From Bradymonadia bacterium (GTDB lineage: Bacteria; Myxococcota_A; Bradymonadia; UBA7976; UBA1532): a stretch of 16,299 bases of DNA. Below the pieces are notes generated by a model that was given only the letters and a program-made list of their open reading frames with translations, was not told where the DNA came from and ran no database searches. How positions within the stretch are numbered: position 1 is the stretch's first letter; the number at the start of each line of letters is the position of its first letter. The stretch is from the NCBI GenBank assembly GCA_046290225.1, contig JBKAGE010000020.1:1-16299 (forward strand), given 5' to 3'. This document shows, piece after piece, positions 16,215-16,299 of this stretch. Made by a program: the position numbers and the translations under genes.

Positions 16215-16299
16215 GGCTCTGATCGTCCTACACATCTTTTGGTGTAGTGGTGGATTGGTTAGCGGCGAGCCAGCCCAGCTCGAACATGAGGATTTTTTC
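16215..16299. repeat. 85-bp repeat, exact reverse complement of 9..93; possible IS end
   Basis: Begins GGCTCTGATCGTCCTACAC and runs to the window edge. Confidence 0.9.

Noticed and set aside
15424..16247. ORFs 15424..15786, 15629..16042, 15883..16074 and 16032..16247
   Set aside because: No recognisable motifs or host-like codon bias, and several overlap repeats; cannot be supported as genes or a transposase remnant.

Overview
High-GC bacterial segment. The gene content suggests a deltaproteobacterial/Myxococcota-like organism, which is inference only. An identical 85-bp inverted repeat bounds both ends. The left 1.7 kb is a minus-strand operon of nine tRNA genes (Arg x4, Val x2, Lys x2, Ile x1). 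Upstream of the tRNAs lie a sigma70-like promoter, a 35-codon leader ORF rich in Arg/Val/Lys/Ile codons, and overlapping antiterminator/terminator helices. Together these look like a ribosome-mediated attenuator that switches on a backup tRNA array when those tRNAs become limiting. The rest of the window holds a threonine aldolase, a secreted hypothetical protein, DUF1295 and STAS-like (DUF4325-type) genes, and a TerB-repeat/PspA/AAA+ ATPase operon. It also holds a DUF2252-like lipoprotein, a probable outer-membrane barrel, two paralogous Cys-rich mini-lipoproteins, an acyl-CoA ligase, a LysR regulator and a Cys-free rpmG, plus several palindromic or dispersed repeats.
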